A stretch of 64,000 bases of DNA from Octopus vulgaris (GCA_951406725.2 OX597814.1:75950001-76014000); one strand, 5' to 3'; positions 51,611 through 63,985 are shown, counted from the first letter of the stretch. Made by a program: numbers and translations. The notes: generated from the sequence alone by a model not told the origin.

Positions 51611-53861
51611 CTTCAGTGTGGCTCCGATGACATACTCAATAATTAGACATTACTGTTATAAAACAGATATGAAACACAGAAGAACTGGTTTGGGAAATGT
51701 TCAAACCTCTCAGAAAGAGTCATATTTGTAACTTTCAGAAATGGTTAAGAATGACCTTCACCTTATTTTGATAAAATAAATATATTAATTATTTCCTGAC
51801 TTTTCTTAAGGATTAATTGAGTAGTTGATTTCAGGTAGGTTGTATTTTTGCTTTTTATTTTTTATCTTTACTTTCTTTTTTATTTATGATTAGCTTTGGC
51901 AAAAAACTTGGTCAGAAATTATGTGTTAAAACGGACATTGTTCTGTTTGGAGAGATTCATATTAGCAATTTATTAAATGTAATATACACATTGTTGTTAT
52001 TCACTTATTAATTCCTTTTTTGTAATTAATAAAAGCAAAGTTTTTCATAATACATTTATATCCTGACCTTTGACTCCATCTCTCCTTCAATCATATATTT
52101 GATACCAAATACCATAAAAAATATATATATATTATAAAAAAAGTATAAATACAGAGATAATATTAATGCTTGCATTTAATAAAGCACAAAACTACAATGC
52201 AAAATACAATACTTTTTTGGTGGCTCAAGAAAAATAAATGATCAAAAATGAGCTAAAGAGAAAACAGAAGAAACAGAATTTAATGAACATGGTAATATGA
52301 AGGAAATGTGTAAAATCAATTTGTAAGGTTCAGATGAGTTTTGTATGAGGAAGATTTCATAAACATTACCACTGTCTTAGAGAACTGGTAAATTTTCGAG
52401 ATGGTTTCCAGGCATACATTCTTATGCAAAATATTAGTGTCATATTTTGTAGTTACTCAATGTTATTGTCATTTAACGTCCACCCTCTACACTATTAATT
52501 TGATGAGGATTTTTTTTTCCATCCCGCCTTTGCACTACTGCTGTACAAATGTATTCTATGGACTGAAGATCTTTTAGATTTCAAATTTAGGCCCAGTAAT
52601 TGTAGAAGGAAAATCTGACACAAGAAAATAATTCAAGAATAAACCAACGTATAACACATATACTCATATGTGAACCAACGAGGAAGTTTCTTCAGGGTTT
52701 TGGAATTTATGCAACATTACTATTTAGATATCAAACATATTAGTCATGTGTGTATGTGTGTGTGTGTGTGTGTGGCTATGTATGTATGTAGGTAGGTAGG
52801 TATACATGCATATATGTATACTAGCAGGAAAATATCTATGATAAAGCCTGACAAAATACAAGGCATGAAGCTTGAAAATACAGCTGAAGTTGGAATTTGA
52901 ATTTAGATAATATACCTTTGGAGTGGGTTTAGATTGTTACAAGTGCTGACTGCTGTTTCTTGTGTCAGAGGTCACTAGTTGTATGATGAAGATGACTGAA
53001 TCCTTTATGATTTTTGATAAACAAAGTTTTTTTTTCTTTTCATAGAAAAAAAAGCAAATACTGTCATTGCTATGAATGACAAAATATTGAGAGAGTTTTA
53101 ATGTTATTGTCCTTGATGTAATAGTAGTAGCTGTCAAAAAGTTAGCTGCTGGTCATTGTATTACTATCACCAATCGTTCATTGTGGTTGTTGTCAGCTTG
53201 GGTCAGCAGCTGTCTCTCTACTGTCTCTCATTGCTCTCTCCAAGCTCTTCCTCAAGTATTAAAGGTGAGCTGAATTTATACTGATGATTAGGCTCAGAAA
53301 GATGAAATTGTCACTGGAGCCTACTCCACATGAAGTCATAAGTGATTAGTCTTTTTTTTTTTTTTTTTTACATGGATAATTTCCAGTGAATCATGACATT
53401 GGGTATAGTAGTGATCTGACTGCTGAACATTCCTCCAACAAAATGGAAGGAAAAAGGGAAAAGATTAAAGGGAAGACTAAGGTGCCTTTGTACAGCATAT
53501 TGGTTATGTCAATAAATTTGTAAGGTCATTTTCTTTCCCTTGTAGTACCCACTCATATGTATGATCATACTCAATAGTTTACAAATAGCCTAAATTTTTC
53601 ATACATAGGTGAAGAGGGATTTGTTGATCAAGTTTTATAGAAGATATGAATGTGGTTGGGTGTGGACTTGCAGGATATTAGGAACATAAATATGTTAGAT
53701 TTCCAGGTCTTCCTTGAGCATAAATTCCAAATCCTTTGTCTCTAGTGAGAAATGTTTTCATTTATTAATGAGGTAAGATAGACCTCCATACCATTTATCT
53801 TACATTATTTCTGAGCATACTGGATACTTCTGTCTATTTTTCTGTTACTAGGTATGTTTAA

Positions 53862-54080
53862 CCTTTTAGCATCTAAACCAGTCATTTCCAGCGAAAATGT
53901 TCTACCTGTTTTATGTTCAAATCAACTAGATTCTGACCTCTCACATCTATGCTTTAATGTTATTCTAAAAATAAGCAATTTCATCATCAAAATCTCAGAG
54001 CAACAAGCTAACGCATGATTAATTCAAAGCAATGTAAATAAATGAACATTACATTTGACAGAAATCTGATGGCTAAAGAG
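53862..54080. mobile_element. piggyBac-like MITE (second family)
   Basis: TTAA at 53858-53861 and 54081-54084. Termini ccttttagc / gctaaagag. Confidence 0.78.
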
Positions 54081-55289
54081 TTAAGTACTTCCTAGTCACA
54101 CTTAGCTTCTAGATCAGCTCATATTTCTGTATTCGTGTCAGATCAGCTATAGTTGGAAAAACGTGAGGGAAAGTTAGCCTGAACATTTTAAAATTTTGAA
54201 AGCTAGGCTAGATCTTCATCAAACGTCAATGATTTGTCCCCCTCTCATCATCCATCATATTTTATTTTATAGGGAGTAAATAAAGGAAGTTCCATAGAGA
54301 ATTTTCTTCAAAGGGGAAATTTGAATCTATTTGAAGTAGGGTATACTTTTACATTTGAAGAAAACTAAAAACTACATTATTGTTTATTTGTTTATTTATT
54401 TTTTTATTTCAATTCCAACTTCAGCTGCAACAATTTTTAAACTTCTACATCTTGTTCTGATATTTCCAGATTCAGTTAATTATGAAAATTACCATTCCCG
54501 CACTGCATTTTCCCTTCTACAGTAAAAAAAAAATTGCTCAAAAGCTACAGTAAAAAAGTAAATTTTATAAATTGACAAAAGGTAAATTATATAAAAATGC
54601 TAATGAGAAACCTGAGATGAAGAAGAAAAGTGCCTGTAGAGCAGCAGTAGTTGAATTAAATGAAGCTTGCCAGAAAGCTGAGGCAAAAATGGCCTGATGA
54701 TACATTTTGAGGAACAGCTGGAAGACATCACGAGTCTCTTTATTGCTATGGCATTTTAAATTATCTTAATTTTTTTTTCAAACATGGTGATTTGTCCACC
54801 ACTCTTTCCCTCTTTATGAAAAACACTGCTAAAATGTATCCTAAATGTAAATGAAATTATAATAGAAGACTACAAACTGAGCCAAGTGATAAAAAAAATG
54901 TTTTTAGTTAGAAGCAAGAAGCAATTGTTATTGGTTTTACATGTGCAGACTTGACCTGAAGAAGGACTTTGGCATTTAGTGGTTAATAGATGTTGACAAA
55001 AGTGGTATGATGTGATATTCAAAGGCTGTTTGAACCAGTGTAAACCCTCTGCTGCCTTATTTTTATTATAAGTAAAGGTAGTCTATATTTCTGTTGATGA
55101 GGAAACTCCTAGTATGGATTATTTTCAGGTTTTTAACATCAGTAGCCCAGATCTTGTCCTTTCTGTATCAGTGTCCAATAATCAAGTCCCTTCTTGTGCT
55201 TTTCCATTGTAAATATTTTTAATCATTGTCTCAAAAACCTTACTATTGATGCTATGTATTTTGGCTTAAGACAGAGATAGCATTTGTTC

Positions 55290-55700
55290 CACATTCCTAC
55301 TGGTCACCCTTCACTTGATTGTACTCATTTGTCCCTTCATCATTATTGTGACTGAGTAAGCATTGACAGATCTCCACACAATTGCACTTATGCGTTTCAG
55401 TAAGCTCTCTTAGCACCCATCTTGCATAGACTTTACAGAAGCACAGTGCTTATGAATGATTTTATATGCAGAACTATGACTAACTTGCAGAGAGCATGCT
55501 ACCTCATTGATGGTCACTTGTCAGTTTGCCAGAAGTATCTCTTAAGCTTGTTGAATCCTGCTCTCCATGCTCCTCTCTTGTCTGACCATTTTAAAACTTT
55601 TTGGTCCACTCTTACACACTTCTATGTAATAGAGCACTGTTCCTGTATTACACTTCTTTGGGCCAAATCTCATTCCAATACTATTTTTGACATTGCAAGC
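55290..55700 (-). mobile_element. Decayed mariner transposase N-terminal fragment
   Basis: QVTINEVACSLQVSHSSAYKIIH..CKVYARWVLRELTETHK (WVPREL motif). Confidence 0.8.
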
Positions 55701-55754
55701 ATTTTTAGTATATATACATGCATGCATACATGTATGTATGTATGTATGTATGTA

Positions 55755-56250
55755 TGTTCTGAGGACAGCTGATATCTTGACTACTGAAGTGATGGTGCAC
55801 AAGCATCGGTTATGTTGAATTGGACACTTTATTAGAATGAAGGGTAGCAGGATCCCTAAGCAGATGCTATATGGGGAACTTGTGAATGGAAAGAGACCTC
55901 GGCAGAAACCAAGGCTGCGATTTAACGACTGTGTCAAGTCCTCATTCAAGGCCTGTGATATGCAGGAGACTTATTGGGAGAACAATGCCTGTCACCGTCA
56001 CAGATGGAGGAAGCAGATTAAGGAGGGGATCGACACTTTTGAGAGAGCACATATTCAGCATGATGAATTTAAGCATGCTGCACGAAAGTGCATGGCTGGT
56101 GTAGTAAAAGCTTGGTCTGCAATGTTTGCAGTTGTGTATGCTTGTCAAGAGCAGGGCTCATTAGCCACCAACGGAGCTGCAAATGCAAAATATAAGTTAG
56201 TCCTAGAGTGCACAATGTTCCTGAAGGTCAGCAATGGTCTTCCTTGGTCA
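55755..56250 (+). mobile_element. RTE-BovB-like LINE 3' fragment
   Basis: RLC*IGHFIRMKGSRIPKQMLYGELVNGKRPRQKPRLRFNDCVK...RWRKQIKEG. Confidence 0.88.
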
Positions 56251-56320
56251 TGAGTAGACAGCCATCATGTATATATGCATGTATGTATGTATGTATGCAC
56301 ATATATATGCACATATATAT

Positions 56321-56492
56321 AGGCGCAGGGGTGGCTGTGTGGTAAGTAGCTCGTTTACCAACCACATAGTTCCGGGTTCAGTCCCACTGCGTGGCATCTT
56401 GGGCAAGTGTCTTCTGCTATAGCCCCAGGCCGACCAATGCCTTGTGAGTGGATTTGGTAGACGGAAACTGAGAGAAGCCCGTCGTAGATATG

Positions 56493-56529
<37 letters not shown>

Positions 56530-56735
56530 CTGTTTGTGTGTCTGTGTTTGTTCCCCTAGCATTGCTTGACAACCGATGCTGGTGTGTTTACGTCCCCGTC
56601 ACTTAGCAGTTCGGCAAAAGAGACCGATAGAATAAGTACTGGGCTTACAAAGAATAAGTCCCGGGGTCGATTTGATCGACTAAAGGCAGTGCTCCAGCAT
56701 GGCCGCAGTCAAATGACTGAAACAAGTAAAAGAGT
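56321..56735 (+). mobile_element. tRNA-derived SINE with CORE-like domain and internal microsatellite
   Basis: A box tggctgtgtgg, B box ggttcagtccc, cttgggcaagtgtctt, tail gactgaaacaagtaaaaga. Second copy at 61895. Confidence 0.88.
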
Positions 56736-56950
56736 AAAAAGAGTATATATGCATTTATGTGTATGTTGTGCATATGTATCTATGTATGTATGGATTTATG
56801 TGTGTATGTATGTATCTGTGAATATGTATGCATGCTCATATGTGTGTATTTCTGTGTATGTATATGTACATATGTATATATATACTTATGTATGCATGTA
56901 TGTATGTACTTATGTATGCATGTATGTATGTACATATGTATTTATGCACA

Positions 56951-58890
56951 CAAAGATAAGCCCCTGTACCTGGCTTTCATTGACATGGAGAAAGCCTTTG
57001 ACAGGGTCCCCCAGTCCTTTATCTGGTGGTCAATGAGGAAACTAGGGATATATGGATGGTTAGTGAGAGCTGTGCAAGCCATGTACAGGGACGCCGCTAG
57101 TAAGGTGAGGGTTGACAACGAGTACAGTGAAGAATTCCGGGTAGAGGTAGGAGTCCACCAAGGCTCAGTCCTCAGCCCCCTCCTATTTATCATAGTCCTC
57201 CAGGCAATAACGGAGGAATTCAAGACATGATGCCCCTGGGAGCTCCTATATGCTGATGACCTTGCTCTAATTGCTGAGTCACTATCAGAACTGGAGGAGA
57301 AGTTTCAGGTGTGGAAGCAAGGATTAGAATCAAAGGGCCTTAGAGTCAATCTAGCTAAAACCAAAGTCCTAATAAGTAGGAAGGTAGACAAATCACAAAC
57401 GCCTTCAGGTAGATGGCCCTGCTCGATCTGTAGAAAAGGTGTAGGTAGAAACTCTATAAGATGCACCAAGTGTAAGCTATGGACACATAAGAGGTGCAGC
57501 AATGTCAAAGGAAGGCTAACTAGGAAGATAGTTTTTGTATGTGGCAGATGCTCAGGAGCAATAAACACTGAAAATGCTCTGAGACCAACTTCTGCCACTT
57601 TCCAGGGAGAAAAACTAGAAATAGTTGATAGCTTCCGTTACCTAGGTGACCAAGTCAGTAGTGGGGGCGGGTGTGCTGAAAGTGTAACTACTAGAGTAAG
57701 AACAGCTTGGGCAAAGTTCAGAGAGCTCTTACCTCTGCTGGTGACAAAAGGCCTCTCGCTCAGAGTAAAAGGCAGACTGTATGACGCATGTGTACAAACA
57801 GCCATGCTACATGGCAGTGAAACATGGGCCGTGACTGCTGAGGATATACGTAAGCTCGCAAGGAATGAAGCCAGTATGCTCCAATGGATATGTAATGTCA
57901 GTGTTCATACTCGACAGAGTGTAAGTACCTTGAGAGAAAAGCTGGACCTAAGAAGCATCAGTTGTGGTGTGCAAGAGAGATGTTTATGTTGGTATGGTCA
58001 TGTGGTGAGAATGGATGAAGATAGTTGTGTGAAAAAGTGCCACACCCTAGCGGTTAAGGGAACCTGTGGAAGAGGCAGACCCAGGAAAACCTGGGACGAG
58101 GTGGTGAAGCACGACCTTCGAACTTTAGGTCTCACCGAGGAAATGACTAGAGACCGAGACCTTTGGAAGTATACTGTGTGTGAGAAGACCCGGCAGGACA
58201 AGTGAGACCATAACCCGTGGCCTCTACATGGGATGTAGCCAGTCTACTTATGAATACTTTTCCTTCTTGGGACACAAAACTCAACTTGTGAAGACCTGTT
58301 GAGGCAAGTGAAAATCAAAATCAAAATCAAAATCGATCAACATCAATGGAAATTGCAGCTGTGATACCAGTGCCGGTGGTACATAAGAGAACCTATTTCT
58401 TTATTACCCACAAGGGGTTAAACATAGAGGGGACAAACAAGGACAGACATAGGTATTATGTCGATTACATCGACCCCAGTGCGTAACTGGTACTTAATTT
58501 ATCGACCCCGAAAGGATGAAAGGCAAATTTGAACTCGGCGGAATTTGAACTCACAACGTAACAGCAGACGAAGTACCGCAAAGCATTTCGCCCGGACGTG
58601 GCCATTGCCAGCACCGCCCCAACTGGCCTCGTACCGGTGGCATGCAAAAAGCACCATCTGATCATGGTCGTTTGCCAGCCACGTCTGGCACCTGTGCCGG
58701 TGGCACGTAAAAAACACCCACTACACTCACGGAGTGGTTGGCGTTAGGAAGGGCATCCAGCTGTAGAAACACTGCCAGATCAGACTGGGCCTGGTGCAGC
58801 CTTCTGGCTTCCCAGACCCCAGCTGAAGCGTCCAATCCATGCTAGCATGGAAGCGGATGCTAAACGATGATGATGATGATGATGATGATG
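56951..58890 (+). mobile_element. 5'-truncated RTE LINE with PHD-containing RT, 3' UTR and Meta-like/(GAT)n module
   Basis: FIDMEKAFDRVP, GVHQGSVLSPLLF, LLYADDL, SFRYLGD and GRGRPRKTW. One in-frame stop at 57228-57230; ORF ends at 58205. Confidence 0.95.
58394..58595 (-). mobile_element. Young Deu/Nin-like SINE inserted in the RTE 3' region
   Basis: CpG-rich reverse copy (atcgaccccgaaaggatgaaaggc...gaactcggcggaatttgaactc) with a different tail (…aataaagaaata). Confidence 0.88.
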
Positions 58891-59579
58891 AATCCTGCAC
58901 ACAAACACCTCCATTATTCTTTCCCCCCTCATCGCTCAGTCATTTATTTATAGTATTTCCTGCACCTTGGCTAAAACCTAAGACTATATTGTTCTTTGAT
59001 AATTCAACTTTTTTGACACTTGTATTGACTGACAACTAAAAATTCTCCACAGACACTTTTGGCTATAAATTTCTATTCTACTATATAAATTCTATTTACC
59101 AAGAAGGACAGCATTTCTTTTACAAATTCCTCATTAAAGAAAATGTTAGAAAAAAGAAAAGAGAATCTATACTATTTACTGCAGACTATTTCTCTTTCTG
59201 CATATTTTAGATGACAATACAATATATAATCTTTAATTCATGCTCCGTATATTGCAAGCAAACTGTTATGAAAACTATTTTGTTATCATAATCTAACTAA
59301 TATCTTAATATCAAGGATAATAGCACAGACACACACACACACATTTACACCTCACAAAACACACTCATACACACACACACACACACAAGCACATGCATGC
59401 ACACACACAATCACACTCACACACATACATACACACATATACACATGCAAACACACGTGCACATATATACACTCACATATGCAAACAAAACCACACACAC
59501 ATACACAAATATGTACACTCACACTAATACACACATTCACACACACTTATGTGCTGTTAAAGCCTGGTACAAAACCACC

Positions 59580-59850
59580 TCTCTCAATATTGCAGCACTG
59601 CAACTCACCCAAGGGGATTTGCCTTTGCAAGTTACTTGGTGACCCCACTTGTGCCAGTGTCCCCAAAAACGCACCCAGTACACTCTATAGAGTGCTTGAC
59701 ATTAGGAAAGTCATCCAGCTGTGGAAAGCATGTCAAAGCAAACATTGAGACTCAATGCAGCACTCTGGTTAGTCAGATACTGTCAAAACATCCAACATGC
59801 ACCAGCATAGAACAAGGATGTTAAATGATGATGAGGATGATGATGATGAT
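59580..59850 (+). mobile_element. Older Meta-like SINE copy with (GAT)n tail
   Basis: cacccagtacactc..gacattaggaaagtcatccagctgtggaaa...ggatgttaaatgatgatg. Confidence 0.7.
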
Positions 59851-60299
59851 CATCATCATTATCACCCTTATCATCATTATCACCATCACCCTCATCCTTT
59901 AACATCCCTGTTCCATGCTGGCATCCTCAGGTAGAATCAATGTGAAAGTGTGTGCCCAAGGCTGGCTCTTTGAATTACAAGTACGATCCATCTCAAAGCC
60001 TTCCATTACATTATTCAATATCTCCTTTGCATTCTGAATGATAAAAAGAGATTTGGCTGAATTTCTAACAGAATAAGTAATCTGATCACATTGAAGTTTT
60101 CTCATAAACACTTACAAGTATACTCTTTTAGTTTAGAATAGCAGCAATCCACATTCATAGAACTACTTCCCAACACAGTTACAACCATAGACACATATCT
60201 GATGTAAGACTGGACTTGTTCTCCTTTAGGAGGCTTACAAAGCTACATAGAGTGCATATGTTATATTATGCTGATGTTGAAGTATAAATTCACACTGTG

Positions 60300-60850
60300 T
60301 CCACTTTGCATTATCACTAGGAAGTTTTATGCCAATGAAAGAGCCTCTTTTCATGCACTCACCCTACTAGAAAGAGAAGCCAAATCTTCCTTACTGTCAT
60401 CATTCAGCTATGAGGGTAAACAATAGGGGGTTATCTCCCTCTCCCTTTAGCTATCAACTTCCGGCAGTTCCCAAACAGCCAGCAGAAATCTCCAAAAATT
60501 CAAACATGGCACGATAATCTACATTCTGAAGTTAAGTATAGCCCCTGGCTCAAGTGAGTCCCTTAGGATTCTTGTGCATCCAGCTAGACATAGCTTGCAG
60601 CATTTCATCCCATTGGTGTAGGGGCCTGGGTTTTCGAGGATTTTCCATGAGATCGAGTGTGGAAAGGCAGGAAGGGTCAGGTTGTTCATGCAGGATCTGC
60701 AACAGTTGCCTAGTAGGAGGGCACCATGAAAGTGTACCCCCAATATTAAGAGCATCCTAGTTAGCACCCCTAGGCCACAGAAAGGGGCAGGTTGTTCATG
60801 CAGGATCTGAAAGAGTTGCCCGGTAGGAGGCCACTGCAAAATCAAATGAG
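60300..60850 (-). mobile_element. Penelope-like element 3' fragment (GIY-YIG C-terminus)
   Basis: SISWKILENPGPYTNGMKCCKLCL...ILNFR, parallel to the 29040-29220 PLE end. Confidence 0.75.
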
Positions 60851-61094
60851 TCCTCTACAAACCAAAGTATGAACAAACACTGCCAATTCTTCTGGCAGAA
60901 ACAATAACAGCTGTAGATACAGTGACAGAACCAATGACACTGCCACCACCACCTCAGTGGATAACTTTAGCGAGGATAACAACAGCATCAACAACACCCC
61001 CAGCAGCACCATCACTAACATTGGCTACAGGAACATCACCTTCAACACCAGCCTTACCATCAGCTTCCCTGATGTCACAGTAGCAGACCTGCAG

Positions 61095-61443
61095 AAAGAG
61101 GAAGAGAAAATGAAAAGAAGAGGAGAAAATGATAAAAAGTGTAAGGAAGTGAAAATAAATGTGAAAAAGGGAGTGTTAGTTGGTGGTGGGGGGATGGGAG
61201 GGGTGTAGGGGAGGGGTAAGAAGATATAAGAATGTGTGAGGTGTGTGAGGAGGGGGTGATATGTTAGAATGGCATTAAGGGATGGGCACAGAAAAAGGTA
61301 TAAGAACTGGGGTTCTAAAGTGAGTAGTAAACCACAAATTGGAAGGGAAGAATACTAAGAATGGTCAAGTTTCTATAAATAGACTTATGTGTTTATTCTA
61401 CTGGCTAATGTGATATTGTGGGTAGGGGAATCAGTGGGAAATC
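61095..61443 (-). mobile_element. Third, partial copy of the 36045/47340 non-coding repeat
   Basis: Reverse complement gtctatttatagaaacttgac..actactcacttt..cccttaatgc..catatcacc matches 36090-36230. Confidence 0.65.
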
Positions 61444-61848
61444 TACATTATAGAGCAGTTACTGTTTATATCTCGCTCAGAGATTTATTATTGTTTTCGA
61501 ACGGATTTTCTACGCCAGTGACTGTGGTTACTGTGAAAATCCCTATATATCCAGCCTGTAGGGGAAGTCCCTCAACGAAGAGCGGTGCTTACCATACGTT
61601 GACAAGAGGCAATAACCTCGAAACCAGTCCGTGTGTAGTATCCGTATCTTCGGGGAGGCTGATCTCCCTTTGCAGGCTGGCAAGGACACCGAGATGGTGT
61701 CAGCCCTTCTGGTGACGTTGATGTTCGCCTGGGGCTAAATGCATCAGTGACACCCCCACCACCCCGCCCTGACCCTAGCCACATTCAGATGGCTGATCCC
61801 CCTTATGTTATAGAGCAGTTACTGTTTATATCTCGCTCAGAGATTTAT

Positions 61849-61852
<4 letters not shown>
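61444..61852 (+). mobile_element. Retrozyme-like 360-nt monomer with 45-bp terminal redundancy
   Basis: Perfect direct repeat 61448-61492 = 61808-61852. Internal hammerhead motif, multiple hairpins, CpG-rich. Confidence 0.75.
61593..61635 (+). ncRNA. Minimal type I hammerhead ribozyme (mutated core)
   Basis: CAUACG-UUGACAA-GAGG caauaa CCUC-GAAA-C CA-GUC-CGUGUG. Stems I and II intact; core differs from CUGACGA at two positions. Confidence 0.72.
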
Positions 61853-61894
<42 letters not shown>

Positions 61895-61895
<1 letters not shown>

Positions 61896-62252
61896 GGCCT
61901 AGGAGTGGCTGTGTGGTAAGTAGCATGGCACCTTGGGCAAATGTCTTCTACAATAGCCCCAGGCTGACCAAAGCCTTGTGAGTGGATTTGGTAGACGGAA
62001 ACTGAAAGAAGCCCATCGTATATATGTATATATATATGTTTATATGTATGTGTGTGTATATGTTTGTGTGTCTCTGTTTGTCCCCCCAACCGATGCTGGT
62101 GTGTTTACATCCCTGTAACTTAGCAGTTCAGCAAAAGAGACCGATAGAATAAGTACTAGGCTTACAAAGAATAAGTCCTGGGGTCGATTTGCTTGACTAA
62201 AGGTGGTGCTCCAGCATGGCCCCAGTCAAATGACTGAAACAAGTAAAAGAGT
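61895..62252 (+). mobile_element. CORE-like SINE with head deletion
   Basis: Homologous to 56321-56735. Confidence 0.88.
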
Positions 62253-62569
62253 AATATATACACATATTTTTTCTTTTATCTTTGCTTTTATTTGCTTCAA
62301 TCTGCAGCTATACTGGGACACCACTTTCAAGGGTTTAATTGAACATATAGAACCCAGGACTACTTTTTTAAAGCTTGGTGATTATTCTATTGATCTCTTT
62401 TGCCAAATTCCTAAGTTATGGGAACATAAACACACCAATACCAGTTGTCAAGTGGTGATGGGGAGACAAACACAGACACAAAGACACACACCTAGATATA
62501 TACATACATACATACATACATACATACATACATACATACATACATACATACATACATACATACATACAC

Positions 62570-63345
62570 ATGTATTTCGATGTATTTTTCAGAGTTTATG
62601 GTTCCAAAACATTGAATCAGCTCAGAATGACCATTGCTGATGACAGCTCCCCATACCATTACAGAGATACCGCCATGTTTCACAGTTGGTTGGAGTTGTT
62701 TCAAATCAAATTCTTGATTGGGAAGCCTCCAGACCCAAACATGTCCACTGTCTGAAAATTATGCAAATCTGGATTCATTAGAGAAAATCACTCTATCCCA
62801 AAATGAACTGGATTTTTCTGACACCTCCTTAGTCCATTTCTTTCTATTCATGATATTAATTGGTTGAAGGAGAGGTTTTCTTCTAGCTGCTTGTCCATAA
62901 TACCCAAGCTTATGCAGATATATAACAGACATTCTTGGACTAACTTCTAGCTGTTTTGCAATGTCAGAAGCCTTCAAATGGGGTTCGTTTTCCGCAATTC
63001 TCTTTAAACAATGAAGCTTCCTTTCTGAGGGCCCAGGTCGGCCGGGACAAAAATCTGTTGATTCTTTTCCTTGGCTTTTGAATTGCACTATAATTCTATG
63101 AACAGTAGCAAGAGGAATTTGAGGATTTTTGGCAATTTTTCACTGGCCAAGACCAGCCTCAGATTGCCCAACAATATGATCTCTTTGAAAATCTGACAGT
63201 GGTGCTGATTTTTTTGTGGGTGGCATGGTTACTCTTCGCAAATGTTTAATATAATGGCACCTGGAATGAAAAAGAATAATTACATTGTAAATTATACACC
63301 ACTGAAAACATATTAAGACGCTTAAATCAGAAATTTCGAAAATTA
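62570..63345 (-). mobile_element. Tc1-like transposon 5' half, decayed and truncated at (TACA)n
   Basis: MPPTKKSAPLSDFQRDHIVG, PGRPG, AARRKPLL, WDRVIFSNESRF and [16 protein letters not shown]. Confidence 0.88.
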
Positions 63346-63933
63346 TATATGTGTGTGTGTGTGCGTGCATGTACATATATGTACCTATGCATATATGTGA
63401 CAAAATCATACAACATAAGTTCCTGATTTATTAGAATCATTTCTGCCTTTAGGAGATGTATCACAATTGCTAAATGGCAATTGAAACTAGCTCCATACAA
63501 TAAGGGCAATTTATTGCAATCAAGACAAATACAAGTATTTGCAACATCTGTATTTGCTTATGTTACTCATATACAAACCCCTGGCCACTGTTTTATTTCT
63601 CATTGCTCAATTTTGTTTAAATTATGCAAATTGCCTACCTATTCTTACCTACCTACCCACATACATATATACATAAACACATACATACATGCATATATAC
63701 ATACATCAGGTGTTTAACCTCTAAGGTGGTGAAACACCTGGTGTCCTCACTTCTAAATGGAACTGAGGGTGAGTTATTGTGCCTGTCTATAAACCTGAGG
63801 TGTTTTAACACCGGGTACTCCGAGAGTGTATATACTCCACCACGCTATTGCAGCCACCAGAAAATACATGAAGCATATACAGTAAGTATATGCAGTTAAT
63901 AATATTTATTATACTAGAGCTGCTTTATTTCAT

Positions 63934-63985
<52 letters not shown>

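Noticed and set aside
3490-59750. Many ORFs rich in HT/CV/YI/LSIY repeats
   Set aside because: Translations of (CA)n, (TG)n, (TA)n, (TACA)n and (GATA)n microsatellites, not proteins.
61058-61088. 31-nt minus-strand exon (strong ctgcag acceptor, gtaagg donor)
   Set aside because: The pyrimidine tract is supplied by the adjacent repeat and there is no independent support.
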